This document shows, piece by piece, positions 36,656-45,260 of a stretch of 45,260 nt of DNA. Origin of the DNA: Bacillota bacterium. Lineage in GTDB: Bacteria; Bacillota; Clostridia; Christensenellales; CAG-138. A model generated the notes under the pieces. That model did not search any database and was not told the DNA's origin. It saw only the letters and a program-made list of their open reading frames with translations. The stretch is taken from positions 1-45,260 of the forward strand of contig JAKJBL010000005.1 in the NCBI GenBank assembly GCA_022707005.1. The letters are read 5' to 3'. The position numbers were made by a program, and so were the translations under genes. Positions within the stretch are counted from its first letter, which is position 1. Every line of letters begins with the position of its first letter.

Positions 36656-39295
36656 ATGCCGAAAAAATATGTATATTTATTCAATGAAGGTAATGCAGGT
36701 ATGCGCAACCTTTTGGGGGGCAAGGGTGCAAATCTTGCAGAAATGACAGGGTTGGGGCTTCCCGTGCCATTTGGGTTTACAGTAACAACAGAAGCATGTA
36801 CTCGCTATTATCAAGATGGCGGCCGCATCGGAGAAGATATTCTTGCACAGATTGAACAGGCAATAACGGAACTTGAAAAAATTGCAGGCAAAAAATTCGG
36901 TGATGTTTCGAACCCTTTCTTAGTATCTGTTCGTTCCGGCTCAAGAGCTTCAATGCCCGGCATGATGGATACAATTCTTAACCTTGGGCTAAATGATGAT
37001 ACAGTCGAGAGCCTTGCGCGCCTAACAGAAAACGAAAGGTTTGCTTTTGATAGTTATCGCCGCTTTATTCAAATGTTTTCGGATGTTGTAATGGATATTG
37101 AAAAGTCAAAATTCGAAGAGATATTTGATGAAGTAAAAGAATTAAACGGCTGCAGTCTGGATACAGAGCTTACTGCAGAGAATCTTCGCACTATAGTCGC
37201 TCGATATAAAGAGCTGTATAGAAGTGAAAAAAACGAGGATTTCCCGCAAAACCCGAAAACTCAGCTTATAGAAGCAGCAAAGGCCGTTTTTCGCAGCTGG
37301 GACAACCCGCGTGCTATCGTGTATCGCAGAATGAATGATATCCCTTCAGATTGGGGGACTGCGGTTAATGTGCAAGCAATGGTGTTCGGTAATATGGGCG
37401 ATGATTCGGGAACAGGGGTTGCTTTTACCCGCAATCCTTCAACAGGTGAGAATAAGCTTTATGGAGAATACCTGATAAATGCTCAGGGTGAGGATGTAGT
37501 TGCAGGAATACGCACGCCGCTCGAAATTGAAAACCTTAAGGATAAGATGCCAGATGTGTATAAGGAGTTTTCAAAGATAGCGAAGTCGCTTGAAACTCAT
37601 TACCGCGATATGCAGGATATGGAGTTCACGATTGAGCGTGGCAAGCTTTACATGCTGCAAACTCGCAACGGCAAGCGAACAGCATCTGCTGCTTTGCAAA
37701 TTGCTGTGGACCTCGTAAATGACGGCATGATAAGCAAAGAAGAAGCGCTTTTAAAGATTGACCCTCGCTCTTTAGATTCACTTTTGCACCCAACATTTGA
37801 GCCTAATGCGTTAAAGAAGGCAAAGCCTGTAGCGCATGGTCTTCCCGCTTCGCCAGGGGCTGCCTGCGGACGAGTATATTTTACTGCCGCAGATGCTACT
37901 GAAGCAGCAAAACTTGGCGAAAAGGTCATTTTAGTAAGAGAAGAAACTTCGCCTGAAGATATTGAAGGCATGTATGCATCTCAAGGGATACTTACTTCGC
38001 GCGGCGGCATGACCTCGCACGCAGCTGTTGTTGCGCGCGGCATGGGAACATGCTGTGTTGCCGGATGCCCTGAAATCGTTGTTAAAGAGAAGGAACGCAC
38101 CTTTATTACGCAAGGCGGCGTTGTGTTTGTGCAGGGCGATTGGATTTCGCTTGACGGTTCGACTGGCAATGTCTATGGAACTGAGCTGCCGACAGTTGAA
38201 GCAGAGGTGTCAGGAAATTTTGCAGCAATTATGGCTTGGGCAGACAGTGTGCGTGTTTTAAAGGTGCGCACGAACGCCGATACACCGCATGATGCGGCAC
38301 AAGCAATTAAATTCGGCGCACAGGGTATTGGGCTCTGCCGTACGGAGCATATGTTTTTCGGCGAAGGCAGAATTTCTGCTGTGCGGGAAATGATTGTAGC
38401 TAAAGACGAAGATAGCAGACGGAAAGCATTAAACAGGCTTCTTCCAATGCAGCGCGGGGATTTTAAAGGTATATACAAAGAGATGGGCAGCAACCCGGTT
38501 ACAATTCGGTTTCTTGATCCTCCTCTACACGAATTTCTGCCTCACGAGGATAATGATATTAAAGCGCTTGCTGAACAAATGGGTTTACCTTTTGAACAAT
38601 TGAAGCTTACAATAAGCGGGCTGCGTGAAATCAATCCCATGCTTGGCCATCGCGGGTGCAGGCTCGCAATTACATACCCTGAAATTACACAGATGCAAAC
38701 GAGAGCCATAATCGAGGCAGCTATAGAGGTAAGCGAAGAAACCGGCAATAAAGTAGTGCCGGAAATAATGATTCCGCTTGTTGGCGATGCAAAGGAATTT
38801 GAATACTTAAAGCAATTTGTAGATGCGACCGCAAAGCAGGTTATGGAAGAGCGCGGCTTTAAGCTTGATTATCTCGTCGGAACTATGATTGAAGTTCCGC
38901 GCGCTGCACTTGTAGCGGATACAATTGCAAAGAATGCTGCGTTTTTCTCATTTGGCACAAATGATCTTTCACAAATGACCTACGGGTTCAGCAGGGACGA
39001 TGCAGGCAAGTTCCTTGATGATTATTACAAAAAGAAGATTTTTGAGTTCGATCCTTTCGCAAGAATCGATAGGGTTGGAGTAGGAAAGCTCATGGAAATT
39101 GCCTGCAAGCTCGGCAAAGAAGAGTATCCGGGTTTAAAACTCGGAATTTGCGGCGAACATGGAGGCGACCCATCCTCAGTCGAATTCTGTCACATGTTAG
39201 GGCTTGATTATGTTTCATGTTCACCGTTCCGTGTGCCAATTGCACGCTTGGCAGCGGCTCAGGCAAAAATTAAGCAAGATAGAGGAATGCTCTAA
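36656..39295 (+). CDS. ppdK: Pyruvate, phosphate dikinase
   Basis: 879 aa. Phosphohistidine motif GGMTSHAAVVARGMG; C-terminal PEP-utilising motif GICGEHGGDP. Confidence 0.96.
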   Translation: MPKKYVYLFNEGNAGMRNLLGGKGANLAEMTGLGLPVPFGFTVTTEACTRYYQDGGRIGEDILAQIEQAITELEKIAGKKFGDVSNPFLVSVRSGSRASMPGMMDTILNLGLNDDTVESLARLTENERFAFDSYRRFIQMFSDVVMDIEKSKFEEIFDEVKELNGCSLDTELTAENLRTIVARYKELYRSEKNEDFPQNPKTQLIEAAKAVFRSWDNPRAIVYRRMNDIPSDWGTAVNVQAMVFGNMGDDSGTGVAFTRNPSTGENKLYGEYLINAQGEDVVAGIRTPLEIENLKDKMPDVYKEFSKIAKSLETHYRDMQDMEFTIERGKLYMLQTRNGKRTASAALQIAVDLVNDGMISKEEALLKIDPRSLDSLLHPTFEPNALKKAKPVAHGLPASPGAACGRVYFTAADATEAAKLGEKVILVREETSPEDIEGMYASQGILTSRGGMTSHAAVVARGMGTCCVAGCPEIVVKEKERTFITQGGVVFVQGDWISLDGSTGNVYGTELPTVEAEVSGNFAAIMAWADSVRVLKVRTNADTPHDAAQAIKFGAQGIGLCRTEHMFFGEGRISAVREMIVAKDEDSRRKALNRLLPMQRGDFKGIYKEMGSNPVTIRFLDPPLHEFLPHEDNDIKALAEQMGLPFEQLKLTISGLREINPMLGHRGCRLAITYPEITQMQTRAIIEAAIEVSEETGNKVVPEIMIPLVGDAKEFEYLKQFVDATAKQVMEERGFKLDYLVGTMIEVPRAALVADTIAKNAAFFSFGTNDLSQMTYGFSRDDAGKFLDDYYKKKIFEFDPFARIDRVGVGKLMEIACKLGKEEYPGLKLGICGEHGGDPSSVEFCHMLGLDYVSCSPFRVPIARLAAAQAKIKQDRGML

Positions 39296-39310
39296 AACTT
39301 CGTTTTCTAA

Positions 39311-39345
39311 GCAAGGGAGAGCCCAATGGGTTCTCCTTTGCTCTT
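39311..39345 (+). terminator. Strong hairpin after ppdK (probable terminator)
   Basis: GCAAGGGAGAGCCC (39311-39324), AAT loop, GGGTTCTCCTTTGC (39328-39341): 14 bp including two G.U pairs. The T-tract that follows is weak (TCTT). Confidence 0.55.
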
Positions 39346-39418
39346 AACAGATTGTGAAGGCCACATAATAAGGTAGGGAGTTGATTAAAGCACCCAAACT
39401 GCCAATATCTGTTTTCGG

Positions 39419-39447
39419 TTGCAATCCTCGTGCGTATGTGCTAATAT
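39419..39447 (+). promoter_or_regulatory. Sigma-A promoter of tig
   Basis: TTGCAA (39419-39424), 17 nt, TAATAT (39442-39447), with an extended -10 TG (gTGcTAATAT). Confidence 0.6.
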
Positions 39448-39508
39448 AATTCGGAAACTGAAAAAGTAAATAACCGAATTCGGGCTTTTTATAACATGGA
39501 GGGTTGGA

Positions 39509-40897
39509 ATGGCGACCATTGAAAAAACAGGTAATAACCGCGTAAAACTAACTGTAGAAATAGGCGAAGAAGCGTTTTCGGCTTCACTGCAGCAGGCATA
39601 TATAAAAACAAGAGCAAGGTATAATGTGCCCGGGTTTAGAAAAGGAAAAGCACCCCGCAAGGTTATTGAAAACCTGTATGGTGAAGGAGTATTCTACGAG
39701 GATGCGTTCGAAGATTTGTATCCTGAAGCATATGAAAATGCAATAGCTGAGCATGGTCTTGAACCTGTTGACAGACCTGATGTTACTATTGAGAACATTG
39801 GGGCTGAGTCCGGCGCTGTATTTTCTGCAGAGGTTTATGTTAAACCCGAAGTTACGCTTGGTACCTACAAGGGTATAGAAGTAGTAGGCAGGGAGTATAC
39901 TGTCAAGGATGTGCAGGTTGATGGCTTCCTTGAGCAGGAGCGCGAAAAACTGTCGCGTTTTATTGAAGTTGACAGACCAATTGAACAGGGCGATTATGTG
40001 CTTTTGGATTATTGCGGACGTATAGATGACGAACCTTTTGAAGGAGGTACAGCAATAGACTATAAGATTGAAGTTGGTTCAAAGACATTTGTGCCCGGGT
40101 TTGAAGAACAGCTAATAGGGCTTGTGAAGGGCGAAGAGAAGAACCTTGAAATACGGTTTCCGGATGATTATCACTCTGAAAAACTCAAAGGCAAAGATGT
40201 TGTATTTGCTGTAAAAATTAATGGGATTCAGAAAAAGGAGCTTCCTGAACTTGACGATGAGTTCGCAAAAGATATTTCTGAATTTAACACACTTGAAGAT
40301 TTGCGCGAGGACAAGCGCAAGGCTCTTGAAAAAAACAACGAAGAAAGAACAAGGCTTGAAGTTGAAAACAGCGTTGTGAACAAGACCGTTGAGAATGCTT
40401 CAATTGACGTGCCGGATGTTATGATAGAGCGTGAAGTTAACAATATGCTGCGAAATATCTCATATCGTTTCTCCATGTCAGGGCTTAGTATGGAAGATTA
40501 TTTGAAGTATTCCGGTATTGATATAGAAGTTTTGCGAAAAAGCTACAGGCCGGAGGCCTTAAAGCGTGTACGCACACAACTGGTACTTGAGGCAATATCA
40601 AAAGCTGAGGGAATTGAAGCCTTAGAAGAAGAACTATCAGAAACAATTGCCGAGCAAGCAGGCCATGAGAAAAAGACGCCTGAAGAATTCAGGGCAATAC
40701 TTAAAGACGAAGACCTTGAATACTTTAAGGACACGATTATAACTCGCAAGACAATTGCTTTTATAACAGATAATGCCCTGATTATTGGGAAGTTTAAGGC
40801 ACTCAATAGAATTCGTAAATACGCTGAGTGCGGGTGTTTAAAATATGTGAGCAAAGGTCTGCACTTAAGAAACAGGAGCAGGCCGGCGCGCGCATAG
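39509..40897 (+). CDS. tig: Trigger factor with an atypical ~37-aa basic C-terminal extension
   Basis: Ribosome-binding motif GFRKGKAP and a central FKBP-type PPIase domain. The core ends around ...TIAFITDNALI, about residue 425. The ORF then continues as IGKFKALNRIRKYAECGCLKYVSKGLHLRNRSRPARA. Confidence 0.92.
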   Translation: MATIEKTGNNRVKLTVEIGEEAFSASLQQAYIKTRARYNVPGFRKGKAPRKVIENLYGEGVFYEDAFEDLYPEAYENAIAEHGLEPVDRPDVTIENIGAESGAVFSAEVYVKPEVTLGTYKGIEVVGREYTVKDVQVDGFLEQEREKLSRFIEVDRPIEQGDYVLLDYCGRIDDEPFEGGTAIDYKIEVGSKTFVPGFEEQLIGLVKGEEKNLEIRFPDDYHSEKLKGKDVVFAVKINGIQKKELPELDDEFAKDISEFNTLEDLREDKRKALEKNNEERTRLEVENSVVNKTVENASIDVPDVMIEREVNNMLRNISYRFSMSGLSMEDYLKYSGIDIEVLRKSYRPEALKRVRTQLVLEAISKAEGIEALEEELSETIAEQAGHEKKTPEEFRAILKDEDLEYFKDTIITRKTIAFITDNALIIGKFKALNRIRKYAECGCLKYVSKGLHLRNRSRPARA

Positions 40898-40934
40898 GGC
40901 GCACAACATATAGTATAGTAAGGAGGTTTCAACA

Positions 40935-41519
40935 ATGAGTTTAATACCGATTGTTGTTGAGCATACTGACAGAGGCGAACGCTCGTATGATATATATTCG
41001 CGTCTGCTTAAAGACCGTATAATATTCTTAGGGGGCGAGATTACTGATGACGAGGCAAATGTAGTTGTTGCCCAAATGCTGTTTTTAGAGGCTGAAGACC
41101 CTGAAAAGGATATAAATCTCTATATCAACAGCCCTGGCGGCTCTGTAACAGCAGGTATGGCAATTTATGATACAATGCAATATATAAAATGCGATGTATC
41201 AACGATTTGCATTGGAATGGCTGCATCTATGGGGGCTTTCTTGTTGGCAGCCGGGGCTAAGGGTAAGCGCAAAGCGCTCTCGAACGCGGAAATTATGATA
41301 CATCAGCCAAGCGGCGGGGTGCGCGGCCAGGCTACGGATATAAAAATTCAAGCCGAACGAATGATTGCTATTAAGAAACTATTGAACAGAATTCTCGCCG
41401 AACGGTCAGGGCAACCAATTGAAAGGGTGGAGATTGATACAGAAAGGGATAACTTTATGCCGGCTGCGCAAGCGCTGGAATATGGCCTTATTGATCAGAT
41501 TATTCCCCCCAGAAGGTAA
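40935..41519 (+). CDS. clpP: ATP-dependent Clp protease proteolytic subunit
   Basis: 194 aa. Catalytic Ser in GMAASMGA and His in [18 protein letters not shown]. Confidence 0.96.
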   Translation: MSLIPIVVEHTDRGERSYDIYSRLLKDRIIFLGGEITDDEANVVVAQMLFLEAEDPEKDINLYINSPGGSVTAGMAIYDTMQYIKCDVSTICIGMAASMGAFLLAAGAKGKRKALSNAEIMIHQPSGGVRGQATDIKIQAERMIAIKKLLNRILAERSGQPIERVEIDTERDNFMPAAQALEYGLIDQIIPPRR

Positions 41520-41527
41520 GGTGAACA

Positions 41528-42787
41528 ATGCCTAAATATGAAGAAAAAGGGCCGGTCAAGTGCACATTTTGCGGCAAGACTCAAGATGAGGTGCATCGGA
41601 TAATAGCAGGCCCCGGTGTATATATTTGCAATGAATGTGTTGAGCTTTGCCGCGAAATAATCGAAGAGGATACAGCAAGCCAACCTGTTGATTTATCCGA
41701 GGTTCCCAAACCCCAGCAAATCATGGAAACCTTAAATCAATATGTTATAGGACAGCATGATGCGAAAAAAGTGCTGTCAGTAGCTGTGTACAACCATTAT
41801 AAACGCATAGGCGCAGGGGCTTCACGCGATGATATCGAGCTTCAAAAGAGCAATATCATTATGCTTGGGCCAACTGGGTGCGGCAAGACTATTTTGGCAC
41901 AGACATTGGCAAAAATCTTAAATGTTCCTTTTACAATGGCTGATGCTACTTCTTTAACAGAAGCAGGTTATGTTGGCGAAGATGTTGAAAACATACTCCT
42001 AAGGCTTATTCAGGCAGCAGACTATGATGTGGAAAGAGCTGAAAAGGGTATAATATATATAGATGAAATCGACAAAATCGCACGCAAGAGTGAGAACCCG
42101 TCAATAACACGCGATGTTTCCGGTGAAGGTGTTCAACAGGCGCTTTTGAAAATTCTTGAAGGAACTGTTGCAAGCGTTCCGCCCCAGGGCGGGCGCAAGC
42201 ACCCGCACCAGGAGTTTATTCAAATAGACACAACAAATATCCTCTTCATTTGCGGGGGAGCATTTGCAGGCATAGATAATATCATAGGCAAACGCATAGG
42301 CGAAAAGCTGATGGGATTTGGGGCAGATATTAAGCCAAAGGTTGAAAAGGACATTGGAGCAATCTTAAAGTCCATTCTTCCCGAAGATCTGCTCAAGTAC
42401 GGCTTAATTCCCGAATTTGTTGGCAGAATGCCGGTTATAGTTACCCTTCATCAACTAGATGAGGCAGCCCTGCTATCTATTCTAACCGAACCTAAAAACG
42501 CGCTTACGCGGCAGTACAAAAGGTTGTTCGAGATGGACGGTGTAGAGCTGAACTTTGATGATGCTGCGCTAAGAGCAGTTGCGAAAAAAGCAATCGAACG
42601 TAAAACAGGCGCAAGAGGGCTTAGGTCGATACTTGAGGACTCAATGATGGATATTATGTATGATATCCCTTCACGGGCTGATGTTGAAAGCTGTACTGTC
42701 ACGCGTGAAGCCATAGAAAAAACTCAACCGCCCTTGTTAAAATTACGCGATGAAAAAAAGCGCTTAAAAGCCGGAGAGGGCGCCTAA
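41528..42787 (+). CDS. clpX: ATP-dependent Clp protease ATP-binding subunit ClpX
   Basis: N-terminal zinc ribbon CTFCGK...CNEC, Walker A GPTGCGKT, Walker [10 protein letters not shown]. Confidence 0.96.
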   Translation: MPKYEEKGPVKCTFCGKTQDEVHRIIAGPGVYICNECVELCREIIEEDTASQPVDLSEVPKPQQIMETLNQYVIGQHDAKKVLSVAVYNHYKRIGAGASRDDIELQKSNIIMLGPTGCGKTILAQTLAKILNVPFTMADATSLTEAGYVGEDVENILLRLIQAADYDVERAEKGIIYIDEIDKIARKSENPSITRDVSGEGVQQALLKILEGTVASVPPQGGRKHPHQEFIQIDTTNILFICGGAFAGIDNIIGKRIGEKLMGFGADIKPKVEKDIGAILKSILPEDLLKYGLIPEFVGRMPVIVTLHQLDEAALLSILTEPKNALTRQYKRLFEMDGVELNFDDAALRAVAKKAIERKTGARGLRSILEDSMMDIMYDIPSRADVESCTVTREAIEKTQPPLLKLRDEKKRLKAGEGA

Positions 42788-42804
42788 GAGCATCAAAGCG
42801 ATAC

Positions 42805-42837
42805 AAGGCTGCAGCAGAAAAATGGCTGCAGCTTTTT
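42805..42837 (+). terminator. Intrinsic terminator after clpX
   Basis: AAGGCTGCAGC (42805-42815) pairs with GCTGCAGCTTT (42825-42835): 11 bp with one G.U and a 9-nt loop, running into TTTTT. Confidence 0.8.
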
Positions 42838-42923
42838 AGTAGCGAATATCTATCTATTCCCAGTTAACAGTTCTCATGAATGCATTGAAGAAAGCGCATA
42901 CTACAAACTAGTGAGGTTTGTAT

Positions 42924-44639
42924 ATGGACTGGACTCTTATAACGTTTTTAATCCAAATCGGGCTATTCGCGCTCATTGGTTTACTGGTATATTTCCGCAG
43001 CAGGCGCGTAGAACCAAAGCGTGAGGCAAAGCCAAAGCAAAATGTGCAGGAATTGCAGCGACTTTTGCAATTGCGCGCAAGAAAGTTGAGCGTTCCGCTT
43101 TGTGAAATGACTCGTCCCGTTTGCTTCAAAGAAATAATAGGGCAGGATGAAGGTATAAAAGCACTCAAAGCTGCCTTATGCGGACCAAACCCGCAGCATG
43201 TGCTTTTGTTCGGACCACCAGGCATTGGTAAAACATGTGCTGCAAGGCTTGTACTTGAAGAAGCTAAAAAGCAGCCGGATTCACCCTTTACAGCAGAATC
43301 ACAGTTTGTCGAGCTGGATGCCACATGCATGCGTTTTGATGAGCGGGCAATTGCAGACCCTCTTTTAGGCTCGGTACACGACCCAATATATCAAGGAGCA
43401 GGCGCCTTTGGTGCCCAAGGGATACCCCAGCCAAAACCCGGCGCAGTAACGCGTGCACACTGCGGAGTATTGTTTTTAGATGAAATCGGTGAACTTCATC
43501 CGATGCAAATGAACAAGCTTTTAAAAGTGTTGGAAGACAGATTCGTGCGCTTTGAATCAGCATATTATTCGCCTGATAATGCAAACATTCCGCAGCACAT
43601 ACATGATATATTTCAGCATGGGCTCCCTGCTGATTTCCGGCTCGTTGGCGCGACTACCAGGCAGCCGTCCGATTTGCCGCCTGCACTTAGGTCACGCTGT
43701 ATAGAGTTATACTTTAAACCTCTTGGGCAAAAAGAGCTCGTCCAAATTGCAGCAGGCGCTGTTGAGCGCGCGGGGTATTCAATAGACGAGGAGGCTCTAT
43801 ACCGCTGCGCGCTGCATTCACATAGCGGACGGGATGCTGTAAATATAGTGCAGCTGGCCTGTGGAATAGCGCATGGCGAAGGGCGGAATAAGGTAGAGCG
43901 GGCAGAAATAGATTGGGTGGTCAAAACATGCAACTATACGCCGCATATAGAAATGCAAATGCCGCTACAGCCTCGAATAGGGGTTGCAAGCGCACTTGCT
44001 GTAGCTAATGCAGGTCTTGGGCTTGTGCTGGAAATTGAATGTATGGCAGAGCCGTCTAATGCAGGCTGCTGCAAACTCGAACTTAATGGAATATTTGAGG
44101 AAGAGGAGCTAAACTATAATGAAAGAAAACTCCGCCGAAAAAGCACGGCCCGAGGTTCTGCAGAAAACGTAGTTGCAGCGCTTAAAAATTGTTTTGGCTG
44201 GACTTGTAACAACATGACTATTAGATTTAATATCCCCGGCGGGATACCTGTTGATGGGCCGAGCGCTGGTCTTGCGATGACAATTGCGCTTATGAGCTCA
44301 ATCTTAAACAGCCCTGCAGATAATAAACTCGCTTCAACAGGCGAAATAGCAATTAGCGGCGAAGTAAGGCCGGTTGGAGGGGTTAGTGAAAAAATCAAAG
44401 CTGCATTTGCTGCGGGCGCTACAAAAGTGCTGATACCATCAGCTAATTGGGACTCTGTTTATTCTGAGCAGGATGAAAGGATAATCCCAGTTACGTGTAT
44501 CAAGGATGCAGCCGGTTTAGCCTTTCCTGGGCTGCATCTTCATGAACAGATCTGCGCTCTAAGCTTGGAAGCTGGCAAACTGAATACGCCTATAGTAAAT
44601 AAAGGCGCAGATACAACGGTTCTTGCCTCACATATATAG
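42924..44639 (+). CDS. lonB: Membrane-anchored Lon-like protease LonB (sporulation-type)
   Basis: N-terminal TM (WTLITFLIQIGLFALIGLLVYF), AAA+ Walker A GPPGIGKT, Walker B VLFLDEIGE. C-terminal Lon protease domain with DGPSAGLAM (Ser) and GGVSEKIKAA (Lys). ATG at 42924 lies 7 nt after GTGAGG. Confidence 0.88.
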   Translation: MDWTLITFLIQIGLFALIGLLVYFRSRRVEPKREAKPKQNVQELQRLLQLRARKLSVPLCEMTRPVCFKEIIGQDEGIKALKAALCGPNPQHVLLFGPPGIGKTCAARLVLEEAKKQPDSPFTAESQFVELDATCMRFDERAIADPLLGSVHDPIYQGAGAFGAQGIPQPKPGAVTRAHCGVLFLDEIGELHPMQMNKLLKVLEDRFVRFESAYYSPDNANIPQHIHDIFQHGLPADFRLVGATTRQPSDLPPALRSRCIELYFKPLGQKELVQIAAGAVERAGYSIDEEALYRCALHSHSGRDAVNIVQLACGIAHGEGRNKVERAEIDWVVKTCNYTPHIEMQMPLQPRIGVASALAVANAGLGLVLEIECMAEPSNAGCCKLELNGIFEEEELNYNERKLRRKSTARGSAENVVAALKNCFGWTCNNMTIRFNIPGGIPVDGPSAGLAMTIALMSSILNSPADNKLASTGEIAISGEVRPVGGVSEKIKAAFAAGATKVLIPSANWDSVYSEQDERIIPVTCIKDAAGLAFPGLHLHEQICALSLEAGKLNTPIVNKGADTTVLASHI

Positions 44640-44684
44640 CTGCAAGTCTTCTGAATATGTTCACACGCATAACACATGCGTAAC

Positions 44685-44713
44685 TTGTTATTGCCTTGCA
44701 TACTAAGTATAAT
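44685..44713 (+). promoter_or_regulatory. Sigma-A promoter of lonA
   Basis: TTGTTA (44685-44690), 17 nt, TATAAT (44708-44713), followed by a GAGGTG SD. Confidence 0.6.
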
Positions 44714-44734
44714 GAGTATACGAGGTGAATATCT

Positions 44735-45260
44735 ATGTTTCAGTCATTACCGGTAATTCCTCTGCGTGGAATGGTTGTGCTTCCGGGAGAAATTGTGCAT
44801 TGTGATGCCGGTAGAAAAAAAACACTTGCTGCAATTCAAGCTGCAGCTTCAGCAGATGGAGTTGCGTTTTTCTGTACCCAAAAAGATGCAAATGTTCAGG
44901 AACCAGGAGTTGATGATCTTGAACAAACCGGAACAATTTGCGAGATAAAGCAGGTTTTCCGTATTCAGGGCGATGGAATCCACATGTTAGTTACAGGTCT
45001 TTCGCGTGCGCGTGTTGAAAGCATTATTTCAGAGACTCCGTATTTTGAAGCTTCAGTCTTTGAACTTGAAGCTGCTTTTGGTGATGGAACAACAGAAGAG
45101 GCGCTAAAGAGGCGTATTCAAGAAGGTTTTGCCGAATTTGCAAGGCTTAATGGCGGCTTGACGAGCGGGCAGCGTTCAGCAACGCTTTCAATAGAAGATG
45201 CCGGGAAGTTTGCTGATGCAGTCGCAGCGCTTGTGATTTCTGATGCCCCAAATCGCCAGC
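44735..45260 (+). CDS. lon: ATP-dependent protease Lon (LonA), N-terminal part; runs off the window
   Basis: Open frame from ATG 44735 to the window end: MFQSLPVIPLRGMVVLPGEIVHCDAGRKKTL...GTICEIKQVF...LVTGLSRARV, the canonical LON N-domain start. Not in the ORF track because there is no stop. Confidence 0.88.
   Translation, partial: MFQSLPVIPLRGMVVLPGEIVHCDAGRKKTLAAIQAAASADGVAFFCTQKDANVQEPGVDDLEQTGTICEIKQVFRIQGDGIHMLVTGLSRARVESIISETPYFEASVFELEAAFGDGTTEEALKRRIQEGFAEFARLNGGLTSGQRSATLSIEDAGKFADAVAALVISDAPNRQ

Noticed and set aside
39385-39660. 91-aa minus-strand ORF overlapping the tig promoter and start.
   Set aside because: It is opposite the tig 5' end and a good sigma-A promoter, and has no SD.
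40799-40831. GCACTCA...TGAGTGC inverted repeat as a possible CIRCE (HrcA) element ahead of clpP.
   Set aside because: CIRCE is TTAGCACTC-N9-GAGTGCTAA. Here the spacer is 19 nt and the flanking TTA/TAA are missing. No CtsR direct repeat (GGTCAAA) was seen either.
42878-42903. Forespore-type (sigma-F/G) promoter for lonB: GAATG ... CATACTA.
   Set aside because: Both boxes fit the consensus, but the spacer is only 14 nt against the roughly 17-18 nt expected. This cannot be supported without TSS data.

Overview
This window looks like ordinary core chromosome from an endospore-forming Firmicute, with Clostridia-like gene content and order. It is densely coding, and almost every long ORF has a recognisable housekeeping or sporulation identity.

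Gene order, left to right:
- malQ
- a small degraded locus: a structured leader, a truncated [2Fe-2S] subunit gene and a small convergent ORF
- a minus-strand Fe(3+)/polyamine-type ABC importer (SBP, fused permease, ATPase)
- mgtC and rdgB
- argH-argG on the minus strand, with ARG-box-like palindromes
- infC-rpmI-rplT, with an L20-type leader/attenuator and an ATT start for infC
- a TrmH-family methyltransferase
- an orphan EIIC-like membrane protein and a TIM-barrel protein
- a nine-gene V-type ATPase operon in ntp order (G/H-like, I, K, E, C, F, A, B, D)
- an OmpR/HK two-component pair
- spoIIGA-sigE, with sigG convergent on the opposite strand
- yqfC-yqfD-phoH-pgpH-ybeY-cdd-era-yqzL-recO
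- ppdK
- tig-clpP-clpX-lonB and the 5' part of lonA

I found no rRNA, tRNA, CRISPR array, transposase, phage gene or recognisable defence gene. I do not see convincing evidence for a novel multi-gene system.

The items most worth a second look:
1. An apparently orphaned riboswitch-like leader in front of a 40-codon remnant of a molybdoenzyme [2Fe-2S] subunit (1563-1921).
2. sigG is inverted relative to spoIIGA-sigE, with a 27-nt gap and no visible terminator.
3. An EIIC-like plus TIM-barrel pair with no other PTS parts.
4. A complete Na+-site signature in the V-ATPase K subunit.
5. A 37-aa basic tail on trigger factor.

All calls come from reading the sequence and translations by eye. No database search was run.
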